The notes below the pieces were generated by a model. That model saw only the letters and a list, made by a program, of their open reading frames with translations. It was not told the origin of the DNA and searched no databases. The position numbers and the translations under genes are program-made. From Bacteroidales bacterium (GTDB lineage Bacteria; Bacteroidota; Bacteroidia; Bacteroidales; UBA10428): DNA of 64,000 bases. The stretch is taken from the NCBI GenBank assembly GCA_041737175.1, contig JBGSSF010000035.1, positions 10,232-74,231 on the forward strand, given 5' to 3'. Position 1 is the first letter of the stretch; every line of letters begins with the position of its first letter. This document shows, piece by piece, positions 10,731-21,940 of the stretch.

Positions 10731-11549
10731 ATGAAAGATAAACTTATACTATTTACACTACCTTTTTTCATTTTTATTTCTTGTGAAGATGAAGAAGCTA
10801 AAACAAGTTATACGGAATCTAAAATAAACTTGCTTACGCATGAGTTAACAACTTATACAATTGATAAAGACTCCAGGTACCTTGTGGTTTTTGAATCAGG
10901 TCTTGGGAACGATCACTCTGTTTGGGATCAAGAAAATATTCCTTCGCAAATAAATAGTAAAGCAGACGTTTTACTTTATGACCGTGCCGGGTATGGAAAA
11001 TCAGAGAAAGGGCCAGGCCCAAGAAATATTGACAAATTACGTTCTGAATTGGAAAGTGTTATCAGTGCCTTTTCAAACGAAAAGAAGGTGATACTTGTAG
11101 GACATTCTTTGGGTGGGATGATCATTAGAGATTACGCAATCAAAAATCCTTCCAAAACAGCTGCAATTCTATTTGTTGATCCTTCACATGAGTTTTATAA
11201 TCAACCAACACAAACTGAAGAAGATTCGGCTTATAGCTTTTTCAGTACAAATTATGGAGTAAACTTTGGTGGTACAATGGAAGCAAGGGAGTTAATGGAA
11301 GATTCTCAATACATGGAGGGCTTACCTGTTTTACCTGATATTCCAATTATTGTGTTGACAAGTATGAAAGAAGATTCTTATAATACTGATGCTGACAAAC
11401 AAAAGTGGTTTGACGCACACGAATTATTAAAAAATGGTGTTACGGACTATACGCATATCGTAACAACTACATCGGGACACTACATAATGCTTGAAGAACC
11501 AAGTCTTATAATTAACAATTTAACGATATTAATAAACAAATTACCATAA
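10731..11549 (+). CDS. alpha/beta-hydrolase lipoprotein
   Basis: 272 aa. Lipobox FFIFISC and nucleophile elbow GHSLGG. The gene is visibly more AT-rich than its neighbours. Confidence 0.7.
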   Translation: MKDKLILFTLPFFIFISCEDEEAKTSYTESKINLLTHELTTYTIDKDSRYLVVFESGLGNDHSVWDQENIPSQINSKADVLLYDRAGYGKSEKGPGPRNIDKLRSELESVISAFSNEKKVILVGHSLGGMIIRDYAIKNPSKTAAILFVDPSHEFYNQPTQTEEDSAYSFFSTNYGVNFGGTMEARELMEDSQYMEGLPVLPDIPIIVLTSMKEDSYNTDADKQKWFDAHELLKNGVTDYTHIVTTTSGHYIMLEEPSLIINNLTILINKLP

Positions 11550-11741
11550 ATATACTACTGCCAGAGCATGCATAAACCAATGCTGACAGAGGGTTCCCGT
11601 AGATCAGTTCTCTTGGCTGCATTGTGGTAACTCTCAACGGGTTAAACAATACCTCCGACCAGATTTTGTTTGATTTACAGAAATTCAATATATTAAGGGA
11701 GTTTTATTTCATTCGGAGTTAATCGCATTAAACGCGAAAAA

Positions 11742-13760
11742 ATGAGAAATAACAAATTATGGTTCTTCATTTTGGCAACGGGTCTGCCCATTATGGTGTT
11801 GTCTCAAAACAGGGACTTTCCGACAGATTATTTTAAAAACCGGTTACCGTTAATGGAAAATCCATATCAGGAACTCCCCTTAGGGAATATCAAACCCGAT
11901 GGCTGGCTGAAGGAAATGCTTGTCCGCCAGAAAAATGGTGCTTCGGGTCATCTCGATGAACTTTATCCGCTGGTAATGGGTAAACGAAATGGGTGGCTTG
12001 GCGGCGATGGTGACCAATGGGAGCGAGGGCCCTATTGGATTGACGGTCTTTTGCCCCTGGCTTATATTTTGGATGATGATGAACTCAAGGCAAAGGTAAA
12101 ACCCTGGGTGGAATGGACATTAAACAGCCAACGGCCCGATGGTTATTTTGGCCCATCCACCGACTATCCTGCTGAGGAGGGACTGCAGCGAAACAATTGC
12201 GGCGACTGGTGGCCCAAAATGGTAATGCTTAAAGTTTTAAAACAATATTATTCTGCCACAGGTGATCCAAGGGTCATTGTATTCCTGACCCGCTATTTTC
12301 AATACCAATTGAAGGAACTGCCTGATCATCCCCTGGATCACTGGACATTCTGGGCAAGGTACCGGGGAGGGGATAACCTTCAGGTCGTGTATTGGCTTTA
12401 CAATATTACCGGCGACCAGTTTCTTCTTGACCTTGCCGATTTGTTGCACAAACAGACTTACGATTACACCCATATGTTCTTAAATACCGATATGATTTCC
12501 ACCCAGGGAGATATGCATTGTGTAAACCTGGCGCAGGGATTGAAAGAGCCTTTGATCTATTACCAGCATCATCCCGAAAAACAATATCCCGAGGCCTTAA
12601 CAAAGGGGTTTGCGGACATTCGCAAATACATGGGACAACCCCAGGGGATGTTCGGTGGCGATGAAAACATACGGAACAGCAATCCTGTCAATGGATCGGA
12701 ATTATGTTCAGCCGTGGAATTGATGTTTAGCCTCGAAAGTATTCTTCCTGTAACCGGAGAGATATCCTATGCAGATCATCTTGAAAAAATTGCTTTTAAC
12801 GCATTACCAGCGCAGATTACCGACGATTTCACCGCTCGCCAGTATTTCCAGCAACCCAACCAGGTAATGTTAACGCGCCAGAGCCGCAACTTTAACGTAG
12901 ATCATCAGGGTACGGATGTTTGTTTTGGACTCTTGACAGGCTATCCGTGCTGTACTTCAAACATGCACCAGGGTTGGCCAAAATTCACGCAAAACTTGTG
13001 GTATGCCACGCCTGACGGCGGACTCGCGGCACTCATTTACGCGCCCAGCCATGTTAAAGCCAAAGTTGCAGATGGAACAGACGTAACCATCGGGGAAAGG
13101 ACCTCCTATCCTTTCGGAGAGAAAATCACTTTTATTGTTTCATTGGGGGAGGTTCCGGTGAATTTCCCTTTGCACTTGCGCATACCTTCCTGGTGCCGGC
13201 AGGCGCAGGTTTCAGTAAATGGAAATGAATTCAGCCATTGCAAGGGAGATACCATCATTGTGCTTCGCAGGGACTGGAAAAACGGAGATATGGTAGAACT
13301 GGAACTGCCCATGAATATAGTGTTCACAAACTGGCACGAAAATTCAACAGCCATAGAGCGCGGACCACTTACCTATGCCTTAAAAATAGGTGAAAATTGG
13401 GATAAGGTTATCAATGAAAAAGATCCTGTAAGGTTTGGAACATACTATTTTGAAGTTCGGCCCACAACGCCTTGGAATTACGGGTTGCCGGACTTTCCGG
13501 AGGATAAAATACGGGAAATGTTCACAATCATTCAAAAGGATACCATGCCCAGCTATCCGTGGAATCTTGATAATGCCCCCGTTGAACTGAAAACCAAAGC
13601 AAAGAGACTGACAAACTGGAAATTATACAATGAAACAGCAGGTCCGCAACCCTATAGTCTCCGGTATGGGGAAGTGACAGAGCCGGATATGGAGGAAATC
13701 ACACTGATACCTTATGGATGCAGTACTTTGAGGATTTCTGAGTTCCCCCGGGTAAGATAG
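11742..13760 (+). CDS. DUF1680 / GH127-GH146-like glycoside hydrolase (beta-L-arabinofuranosidase superfamily)
   Basis: 672 aa with a signal peptide. LPLGNIKPDGWL start motif and a GYPCCTSNMHQGWPKF Cys-Cys motif, as in the Zn-Cys catalytic centre of GH127. Confidence 0.65.
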   Translation: MRNNKLWFFILATGLPIMVLSQNRDFPTDYFKNRLPLMENPYQELPLGNIKPDGWLKEMLVRQKNGASGHLDELYPLVMGKRNGWLGGDGDQWERGPYWIDGLLPLAYILDDDELKAKVKPWVEWTLNSQRPDGYFGPSTDYPAEEGLQRNNCGDWWPKMVMLKVLKQYYSATGDPRVIVFLTRYFQYQLKELPDHPLDHWTFWARYRGGDNLQVVYWLYNITGDQFLLDLADLLHKQTYDYTHMFLNTDMISTQGDMHCVNLAQGLKEPLIYYQHHPEKQYPEALTKGFADIRKYMGQPQGMFGGDENIRNSNPVNGSELCSAVELMFSLESILPVTGEISYADHLEKIAFNALPAQITDDFTARQYFQQPNQVMLTRQSRNFNVDHQGTDVCFGLLTGYPCCTSNMHQGWPKFTQNLWYATPDGGLAALIYAPSHVKAKVADGTDVTIGERTSYPFGEKITFIVSLGEVPVNFPLHLRIPSWCRQAQVSVNGNEFSHCKGDTIIVLRRDWKNGDMVELELPMNIVFTNWHENSTAIERGPLTYALKIGENWDKVINEKDPVRFGTYYFEVRPTTPWNYGLPDFPEDKIREMFTIIQKDTMPSYPWNLDNAPVELKTKAKRLTNWKLYNETAGPQPYSLRYGEVTEPDMEEITLIPYGCSTLRISEFPRVR

Positions 13761-13995
13761 GATACTGCTGATGCACAGAGCAGATCATCTCTTCACAAAC
13801 AGGGAATTCCCATTGTTAAATTTCCTGTCGAGCAATAAATCTAACACCTGCACTCCATTCATCATGGTACCATACAGGCCGCCAGTTTTTCATTATTTAA
13901 TGTTTAGACGGTATTTAAAAGATACAATTAGGTAAATTTTAAAGAATAATCGTTTCGTCTGAGGTCAATATGATTACTTGTGCTTTTTATTTACC

Positions 13996-14003
13996 TACTT
14001 TTG
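13996..14003 (+). promoter_or_regulatory. Bacteroidota -7 box candidate (TACTTTTG = TAnnTTTG) upstream of the ABC-F gene
   Basis: Exact match to the TAnnTTTG consensus, about 54 nt upstream of the ATG at 14057. Confidence 0.3.
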
Positions 14004-14029
14004 CAGGCTCTTTATTCAGCATGATTTAA

Positions 14030-15667
<1,638 letters not shown>

Positions 15668-15941
15668 AACAAATTTGCAAATAATCTTTTTTGGCCAGTT
15701 CCAGATTCTCTCTCATGATGATGCTTTGGTTGCAATGATGAATACCACAATAAACAACCGGTTATTCAGACTTTGTGAATTTTCAATGTAAAATATATTT
15801 TAATGCGACATATTTTTTTTAAACAAAATATTTTTTGTAACTTTTTAATCCTTTTCAAAAAAGCGGCTTATCAGGCTGCAGGCAATGAACAATTAATTAT
15901 TGTGCGTGTTTATTTGCTTAAACCAACTTAATATCTTGCTT

Positions 15942-17981
15942 ATGAAAAGAAATCTACTTTTTCTATCAAACCTTCTGATGTTCTCCCTGATTTTGATGCA
16001 GGGGGTGAGGTCACAGACAACGGTGCTTGACATTATTGTCGGCAGTGCGGATCATGACACCCTGGAAGCCGCAGTTATTGCGGCCGGACTGGACGACGAC
16101 CTTGCAGGGACAGGGCCTTTCACAGTTTTTGCTCCAACCGATGCGGCCTTTAAAGCATTGCCCCTGAATGCACTGGATGCCTTGCTGGAGGATCCGGAAG
16201 GATTCCTGGCTGATCTGCTGCTAAATCATGTGGTAAACGGAACACTGATGGCGGGGGATCTCACAAATGAACAGGTTCTGACAACTTTGCTGGATGAAGA
16301 TGTAACGGTGACCATCAATGATGATGGAGTATTTATTAACAATGCAATGGTCACTGTCGCTGACCTGGAGGCCGATAACGGTGTTGTGCATGTGGTAGAT
16401 GCCGTGATCATTCCTAGTTTTAATACCGTTATGGATATTATTATATTCAGTCCTGAACATGATACACTGGAACTTGCTGTGGGTTTAGCCGAACTGGATG
16501 ATGACCTAGTCGGGGAAGGACCTTTCACCGTCTTCGCACCCACCGATGCTGCTTTCAAGGCACTGCCCGCAGGAACAATTGAAGCGTTGCTGGGAGATCC
16601 CACCGGTGACCTGGCCGATATTCTCCTCTATCACGTTGCAGCCGGGAAGGTCATGTCTGGAGATCTGTCTGACGGACAGGAAATTGTTACTCTGCTGGAC
16701 AGGGAGGTTAACGTAACCATTAGCGAGGAGGGTGTCTTCATCAATAACGCGAAAGTTTTTGTCGCAGATATTGTTGCTGACAATGGCGTGGTTCATGTGT
16801 TGGATGCCGTTTTGATCCCGCAGGCCGAAACGGTTGTGGATATTATTGTAGGTAGTGCTGCGCACGACACTCTCGAAGCTGCCGTGATTGCTGCCGAATT
16901 GGCTGACGACCTGGCAGGCGAAGGCCCCTTTACCGTTTTTGCACCCACCGATGCTGCTTTCAAGGCACTTCCCGCAGGAACAATTGAAGCGTTGCTGGAA
17001 GATCCCACCGGTGACCTGGCCGATATTCTCCTTTATCACGTTGCAACCGGGAAGGTCATGTCTGGAGATCTGTCTGACGGACAGGAAATTACCACACTCC
17101 TGGGCAAGGATGTTACCGTAACCATTAACGAGGACGGTGTCTTTATCAATGATGCCAAAGTCATTCTTGCTGACCTGCTTGCCGATAATGGTGTAGTGCA
17201 TGTTATTGATGCCGTGTTGATACCTGCAGTCGAAGAGGCCGCTTTCCCGATCGACTTTGAAACCGAAACGGATGCCGTGTGGGAAGTTTTTGCCAATGGC
17301 ACAGGAAGTGCGTCTGATTTTGAAGTAATCGCCAATCCGGATAAATCAGGCGTCAATACTTCGGACAATGTACTGAAATTCGTTGTTAATGCCAATGCAG
17401 ATACCTATGCAGGCGCTTTCTCGAATTCCTATGCACCCGTCGAATTCACCCAGTCTTCCCATACCATTACCCTGATGGTCTGGAAATCCGTAATCAGTCC
17501 GGTAGGATTCAAAGTCGAAGCCAGTACGAACGGCGGTCCCGTCACGGAGGTCAAGGTTTCCAATACGGTTACCAACGCATGGGAATTGCTCACGTTTAAC
17601 ATGAGTGCATGCATCGGCTATTCCTATGACAGGATCGTGATATTCCCTGATTTTCCGGAAACCAGGACAGCCGGTACCACGGTTTATATTGATAACATTG
17701 AGAGAAAAGAGGAAGCTACCGGAATACTGAACCTGGACGAAGATTCCAAGGGTCTTACCATCTACCCGAATCCGGCTTCCGGTTATATCCGGCTGTCAGG
17801 TCTCGGGGACCTGAAGGAAGGGATGATGCGGATCATTAATACCGGCGGCGTAGAAGTTGAGAACCGTTTTGTAAAGGATCTCTCTGGCACTATCGATGTC
17901 AGCAGGCTTGATCAGGGGGCCTATTTCCTGATACTTGAGTCCGGAAGCAACCGTTATACCGGAAAACTGTTCAAAAAGTAA
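15942..17981 (+). CDS. secreted protein with three tandem FAS1 (fasciclin) domains, a beta-sandwich domain and a T9SS C-terminal sorting domain
   Basis: The track ORF opens at a TTG (15900). The ATG at 15942 gives MKRNLLFLSNLLMFSLILMQG, a signal peptide. There are three ~135-aa repeats with GPFTVFAPTDAAFKALP and NGVVHV.DAV.IP. The C-terminus LTIYPNPASGYIRL...YTGKLFKK is a type-A T9SS CTD. Confidence 0.8.
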   Translation: MKRNLLFLSNLLMFSLILMQGVRSQTTVLDIIVGSADHDTLEAAVIAAGLDDDLAGTGPFTVFAPTDAAFKALPLNALDALLEDPEGFLADLLLNHVVNGTLMAGDLTNEQVLTTLLDEDVTVTINDDGVFINNAMVTVADLEADNGVVHVVDAVIIPSFNTVMDIIIFSPEHDTLELAVGLAELDDDLVGEGPFTVFAPTDAAFKALPAGTIEALLGDPTGDLADILLYHVAAGKVMSGDLSDGQEIVTLLDREVNVTISEEGVFINNAKVFVADIVADNGVVHVLDAVLIPQAETVVDIIVGSAAHDTLEAAVIAAELADDLAGEGPFTVFAPTDAAFKALPAGTIEALLEDPTGDLADILLYHVATGKVMSGDLSDGQEITTLLGKDVTVTINEDGVFINDAKVILADLLADNGVVHVIDAVLIPAVEEAAFPIDFETETDAVWEVFANGTGSASDFEVIANPDKSGVNTSDNVLKFVVNANADTYAGAFSNSYAPVEFTQSSHTITLMVWKSVISPVGFKVEASTNGGPVTEVKVSNTVTNAWELLTFNMSACIGYSYDRIVIFPDFPETRTAGTTVYIDNIERKEEATGILNLDEDSKGLTIYPNPASGYIRLSGLGDLKEGMMRIINTGGVEVENRFVKDLSGTIDVSRLDQGAYFLILESGSNRYTGKLFKK

Positions 17982-18003
17982 GAATTTTTACATGATTGAT
18001 AAA

Positions 18004-18033
18004 ATGGGATGCCACGGCATCCCATTTTTTTTT
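18004..18033 (+). terminator. rho-independent terminator of the FAS1 gene
   Basis: ATGGGATGCC-AC-GGCATCCCAT stem followed by a run of 9 T. Confidence 0.65.
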
Positions 18034-18051
18034 GATGGCGATACCCGCTCA

Positions 18052-18124
18052 TGATCCCGAGGGGTTCAAACCCCCGACTTCCAGAACCGGAATTTGACCT
18101 TCTATTCAGCTGAACTGCAGGGCC
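18052..18124 (-). pseudogene. decayed full-length copy of tRNA-Arg(CCG)
   Basis: 73 nt. It aligns end to end with the tRNA at 22763..22836, with about 9 substitutions and a 1-nt deletion. The acceptor stem (GGCCCTG vs GGGATC), D stem (G10/G25) and anticodon stem (A30/C40) no longer pair. Confidence 0.7.
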
Positions 18125-18255
18125 GAAAATACGCTGTTTTCCCTTGTGGGTGAAACCAAAAATAACGGCATCGATGCAAATGGATTCCGCGTAGCCAAAG
18201 ATTCACCCAATGCAGTTGATCTTGAACAAAATGAGGGACACTAAGAATAAGGTAA

Positions 18256-18498
18256 CTACTTGCACTGGTTTGTTTTAATTTCATGCAAGGTTTGCTTTAT
18301 TTCATCCAGATCTTTCATAATTACAGTGTTTGAAACTGTATTTTTATGATTCATCATAATAATTTTTATGGATATCAATAATACGCCTGCTTCTAAAAGC
18401 AGGTCGTGGGTGAATCCTTTGGTAAATAAAGCTATCGTAAAGAGAAGAAACGTAATAACAATTACGATTAAATCGGCATTTGATAAATATTTTTTCAT
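18256..18498 (-). CDS. small membrane protein, unknown function
   Basis: 80 aa. Two hydrophobic helices (LIVIVITFLLFTIALF, LLLEAGVLLISIKIIMM) and a charged C-terminal tail. No recognisable family. Confidence 0.45.
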   Translation of the reverse strand: MKKYLSNADLIVIVITFLLFTIALFTKGFTHDLLLEAGVLLISIKIIMMNHKNTVSNTVIMKDLDEIKQTLHEIKTNQCK

Positions 18499-18627
18499 AC
18501 GGATACTAATAATATTGCTGGCATTTATATCTCGAAGTTACGAAAAATCAAAATTTGGCCGGGTTATCTTCAAAATAATCGGCAATCCGCATCAAGATGG
18601 ATTTGAGATCCGGGCAACATGGCGTAC

Positions 18628-18674
18628 CATCAAACGCAGATATGCGGCGATTGACCGCATATCTGCGTTTGATG
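18628..18674. repeat. perfect 20-bp-stem inverted repeat (7-nt loop)
   Basis: CATCAAACGCAGATATGCGG cgattga CCGCATATCTGCGTTTGATG. It lies between the TonB-dependent receptor stop and the small membrane protein gene. Confidence 0.8.
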
Positions 18675-18730
18675 ATAGTGAAATTGCGGGAATATTTTTT
18701 GTTTTTTATATGGAATTTAAATTCCGGAAG

Positions 18731-20779
18731 CTAATCCGTTACTCCTAGCGATTTATAATCCATATTCACGACAATCCCTGCCTTGAACCAAATCCCGGGT
18801 TGTACGATACCTCCAAAATCATAATAACGTGTGTTAAAAACATTGGATGCTTCGGCATACAATGTATAATTTTGATCTCTCCAATATATCTTTGCATCGG
18901 CTAACCAGAATGGCTTATAAGACATTACCTCTCCCTTTGCATCCTGATAAACACCATTGCGATCATGATATGTTAACCGGCAGAAGATTTTCAGTTTCCA
19001 TGCAATCCTGACTTCAATACTTGAATTTATCTGGTACCTCAGGTTATCGAGCACATATTTTGAAAGCATATTATTCCGATTCGAATCGGCTTGTAAAAAA
19101 GCAAAGGATATCCGGATATCTGAGATTCTTTCAAATGTACCTGTTTTTGGAGGTGTCAATGTCAATGCGCATTCGATCCCGGTAAAATTTATTTTGGTAT
19201 GATTCATACTTCGCCAGAAGGTGCTATCCGGTGAAGGATCTTTTACCCAGTCAATCATTTTGTAGCCCCAACGCCGGAATGCACTGACATGGCCTTTGAG
19301 AGTTGGATTATTGTATTTCATTCCAGCTTCAAGAGTAATGGCTTCTTCGGGATTTAAACCTGGATTACCTTGTTGGGAGGGGCTTTTATAAAACATATCC
19401 GTAAATGTGGGCATCCGCAATGTTTTATTGGCAGACAAGTACAATTTGAAATTTTCATTCAATCTGTAGCTTACATCAATTCCCGGATAAATTTTAAATC
19501 CTGCAAGGTCTGAGTTATGATGAGCCATTGCGCCTGCAGTAACCGTAAGCATTCTCCACGAAATAAAGTGTTCTGCATAGATACTGGTATTCAGCCGGGC
19601 GTAAAATTTTGTATAATAAACGCTATCGAAACAAGGCACTTCAATGGGTACACTCAGTGTATTCCCCAGTAGATTACTTTTAATATGTTCTTTACGAAAA
19701 TCAATGCCCACACTGGTTTTTCCGAGACGGTGTACTGTCCAGACATTCAGGTTCAGTCCCGCAGTGTTGGTCTGATGATGATTAAAAGGTATAGAATCAT
19801 TGTTTCGTTTCAGTTCGAAACGATCGAGATGGCGGCGCAGGTAAAAAGTTGGTGCAAATCTTATAAAAGTATTGCTTTGGTATTTCAAACTCACAAATTC
19901 TGTTTTTGTCGCTTCAAACTGCTTTGGATATTTTAACGAATAGAAACCATTTGCGCCGAAATCTTTTGAATCGTAACCTGTTTGAAAGTCAAACGCACCC
20001 GTTTTAAAGTTGTACCTGGCCTGGTAAAAAATATTGCTGTTTGAAAAATCGGTATTTTCAATATATCCGTCGGATGATATCCGGTTCATGCTGATAAAAT
20101 GACTATAATTACCAATGGCATTCGATATATTGACCATCGCTTTATATAATCCAAATTGTCCGAAAGTTTCCGATACCCGGATATGATTGGGTTTACTGTT
20201 GCCGGTAATGATGTTAATAGCTCCATTGAAGGCATTTGGCCCAAATGATTTGGCCGCAGGACCTTGCATGATTTCAATGCGTTCAATGCTTTCAATATCT
20301 ATCGGCAGGTTCAGATTGTGGTGTCCGGTTTGTGGATCTGTAATGTTGACACCATTCAGGAGGATTAAAGTCTGATCGAAGGTCCCTCCGCGAATGCTTA
20401 TGTCGGCTTGTGCTCCAAGTGGTCCCCGTTGTCGGATATCCACTCCGGCAATGTATCGAAGCAGATCACTAAGATTCTGGGCCGGTGCCCGCTCAATTTC
20501 AGATTTGGTAATGACTGTAACGATACGTGCAGCCTGTTGTGCCTCGAGCGGTGTACGTCCGGCTATGACCACCACTTCGTTAAGCTCATAGCTTTTGATT
20601 TGCAGGCTATCGCTGCTTCTCTGGGCTTGTAATTTTTCAGGTATTACTATAATGAAATATGCCAGACACAATGTGCAAATTTTAATTACTTTTTGCAGGC
20701 TGTTGAATACTGCGAAGTTTTTTCTGCTCCAACAACGAAAAGCTATTATTGAAATAGCCTTTCTTTTATTTTGTTTCAT
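18731..20779 (-). CDS. TonB-dependent receptor
   Basis: 682 aa. Plug domain (DLLRYIAGVDIRQRGPLGAQADISIRGGTFDQTLILLNGVNITD, IERIEIMQGPAAKSFGPNAFNGAINIIT) and a beta-barrel ending in an aromatic-rich C-terminus. Confidence 0.85.
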   Translation of the reverse strand: MKQNKRKAISIIAFRCWSRKNFAVFNSLQKVIKICTLCLAYFIIVIPEKLQAQRSSDSLQIKSYELNEVVVIAGRTPLEAQQAARIVTVITKSEIERAPAQNLSDLLRYIAGVDIRQRGPLGAQADISIRGGTFDQTLILLNGVNITDPQTGHHNLNLPIDIESIERIEIMQGPAAKSFGPNAFNGAINIITGNSKPNHIRVSETFGQFGLYKAMVNISNAIGNYSHFISMNRISSDGYIENTDFSNSNIFYQARYNFKTGAFDFQTGYDSKDFGANGFYSLKYPKQFEATKTEFVSLKYQSNTFIRFAPTFYLRRHLDRFELKRNNDSIPFNHHQTNTAGLNLNVWTVHRLGKTSVGIDFRKEHIKSNLLGNTLSVPIEVPCFDSVYYTKFYARLNTSIYAEHFISWRMLTVTAGAMAHHNSDLAGFKIYPGIDVSYRLNENFKLYLSANKTLRMPTFTDMFYKSPSQQGNPGLNPEEAITLEAGMKYNNPTLKGHVSAFRRWGYKMIDWVKDPSPDSTFWRSMNHTKINFTGIECALTLTPPKTGTFERISDIRISFAFLQADSNRNNMLSKYVLDNLRYQINSSIEVRIAWKLKIFCRLTYHDRNGVYQDAKGEVMSYKPFWLADAKIYWRDQNYTLYAEASNVFNTRYYDFGGIVQPGIWFKAGIVVNMDYKSLGVTD

Positions 20780-20965
20780 ATACTATAATTATTTGCGAAA
20801 GTCATATATGATTTACATGTTTTGTCAAAAATACTGACAGGAACGCTATCATAGATAATAGTTGCGCAAAATTCCAGTGGCAAATAAAGAGAAAATTGTC
20901 AAATGATTTTAGAAACCTTTGTATTGTATCAACTTTATATATTTACAGTCCTATAACCTTGTATT

Positions 20966-21940
20966 TTGCTGAAAAAATCAGAAGCCATCAGCCTTATGAA
21001 TGCATTGGGAAGGGAACGATTACCTTTCCTGTTCATCATCGATTTCGAAATGAAAGCCATAAGGCTATTTCCATTGGATAAACAGCTACCCGAAACAGTA
21101 CTGTATGATTTCCAAACCAACGGAAATTTAAATTGTAAACCGAAAGAGAAAGGTGTTTTTACTTTCAGGAAATTTCCCATGTCATTTGAAGCATATAATA
21201 GGGCATTTAATACTGTGCAAAAGCAGATTTATACGGGGAATTCCTTCCTCACCAATCTTACATTTCCTACTCCTGTTGAAACTGATCTGACCCTTAGGGA
21301 GATTTACTTAAAAAGTTCTGCTAAATACAAGATATTTCTCGAAAATGAGTTTGTGTGCTTTTCACCTGAAACTTTTATAACCATAAAAAGTGGTATTATT
21401 TCAACTTTCCCGATGAAGGGAACAATTAAAGTATCATCCACTGAGTCTGAAAAGGAATTGCTCAGTGATACAAAAGAAATCGCTGAACATCATACCATAG
21501 TGGATCTTCTTCGGAACGATCTCAGTATGGTAGCTGACAGTATTAATGTGAAACGGCTTCGGTATGTTGAGAGAATACACACACATGAGGGTGAATTGTT
21601 GCAGGTCTCATCGGAAATCACCGGGAAATTACCCGATGACTATCAGGATCATCTGGGAGAAATTATGTTTAAATTGTTACCTGCAGGTTCTGTAACAGGC
21701 GCTCCCAAGCAAAAAACAGTGGCCATAATACAGGAGGCGGAGAAATCAGATCGCGGCTATTATACAGGAGTATGCGGTGTTTTTGACGGAAACAACCTGA
21801 ATAGCGCTGTGATGATCAGGTTTATTGAAAATCACAAAGGAGAATTACGTTTCAGAAGTGGCGGAGGAATTACCTTTTTAAGCAATGCCCGATCTGAATA
21901 TAAAGAACTTAATGATAAAGTGTATGTGCCAATTGCTTGA
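20966..21940 (+). CDS. pabB: aminodeoxychorismate synthase component I (short chorismate-binding form)
   Basis: 324 aa. The TTG at 20966 retains the conserved N-terminus; an alternative ATG lies at 20996. Chorismate-binding motifs: PMKGT, IAEHHTIVDLLRNDLS, LPAGSVTGAPK, YTGVCGVFD. Confidence 0.7.
   Translation: MLKKSEAISLMNALGRERLPFLFIIDFEMKAIRLFPLDKQLPETVLYDFQTNGNLNCKPKEKGVFTFRKFPMSFEAYNRAFNTVQKQIYTGNSFLTNLTFPTPVETDLTLREIYLKSSAKYKIFLENEFVCFSPETFITIKSGIISTFPMKGTIKVSSTESEKELLSDTKEIAEHHTIVDLLRNDLSMVADSINVKRLRYVERIHTHEGELLQVSSEITGKLPDDYQDHLGEIMFKLLPAGSVTGAPKQKTVAIIQEAEKSDRGYYTGVCGVFDGNNLNSAVMIRFIENHKGELRFRSGGGITFLSNARSEYKELNDKVYVPIA

Noticed and set aside
15900-15941. N-terminal extensions suggested by the ORF track (FAS1 at 15900, leuS at 28806, the metallophosphoesterase at 42928, GH43 at 25301, ansA at 34326, aspS at 39067)
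   Set aside because: In each case a downstream ATG yields a canonical signal peptide or the conserved family N-terminus. Several of the extensions also run through promoter motifs or repeats.
16536-17090. Near-identical 150-bp blocks, considered as the template/variable repeat pair of a diversity-generating retroelement
   Set aside because: No reverse transcriptase or accessory gene lies nearby. The four differences show no adenine-specific pattern. Both blocks are domains of the same gene.
16226-17395. Several 70-230-aa minus-strand ORFs inside the FAS1 gene
   Set aside because: They lie antisense to a strongly supported repeat-domain gene. Their repetitive Ser/Ala/Thr-rich translations mirror the sense-strand repeats.
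18052-18124. The second tRNA-Arg-like sequence, considered as a functional tRNA gene
   Set aside because: The acceptor stem cannot pair (a 1-nt deletion plus mismatches), and the D and anticodon stems each have a mismatch. It is called a pseudogene instead.
20780-20965. Possible cobalamin riboswitch in the leader of the TonB-dependent receptor (the minus strand contains TTGCCACTGGAA, reminiscent of the GCCACTG core)
   Set aside because: The rest of the about 180-nt leader is AT-rich. It lacks the other conserved B12-element stems and GC-rich segments, and the heptamer alone is not evidence.
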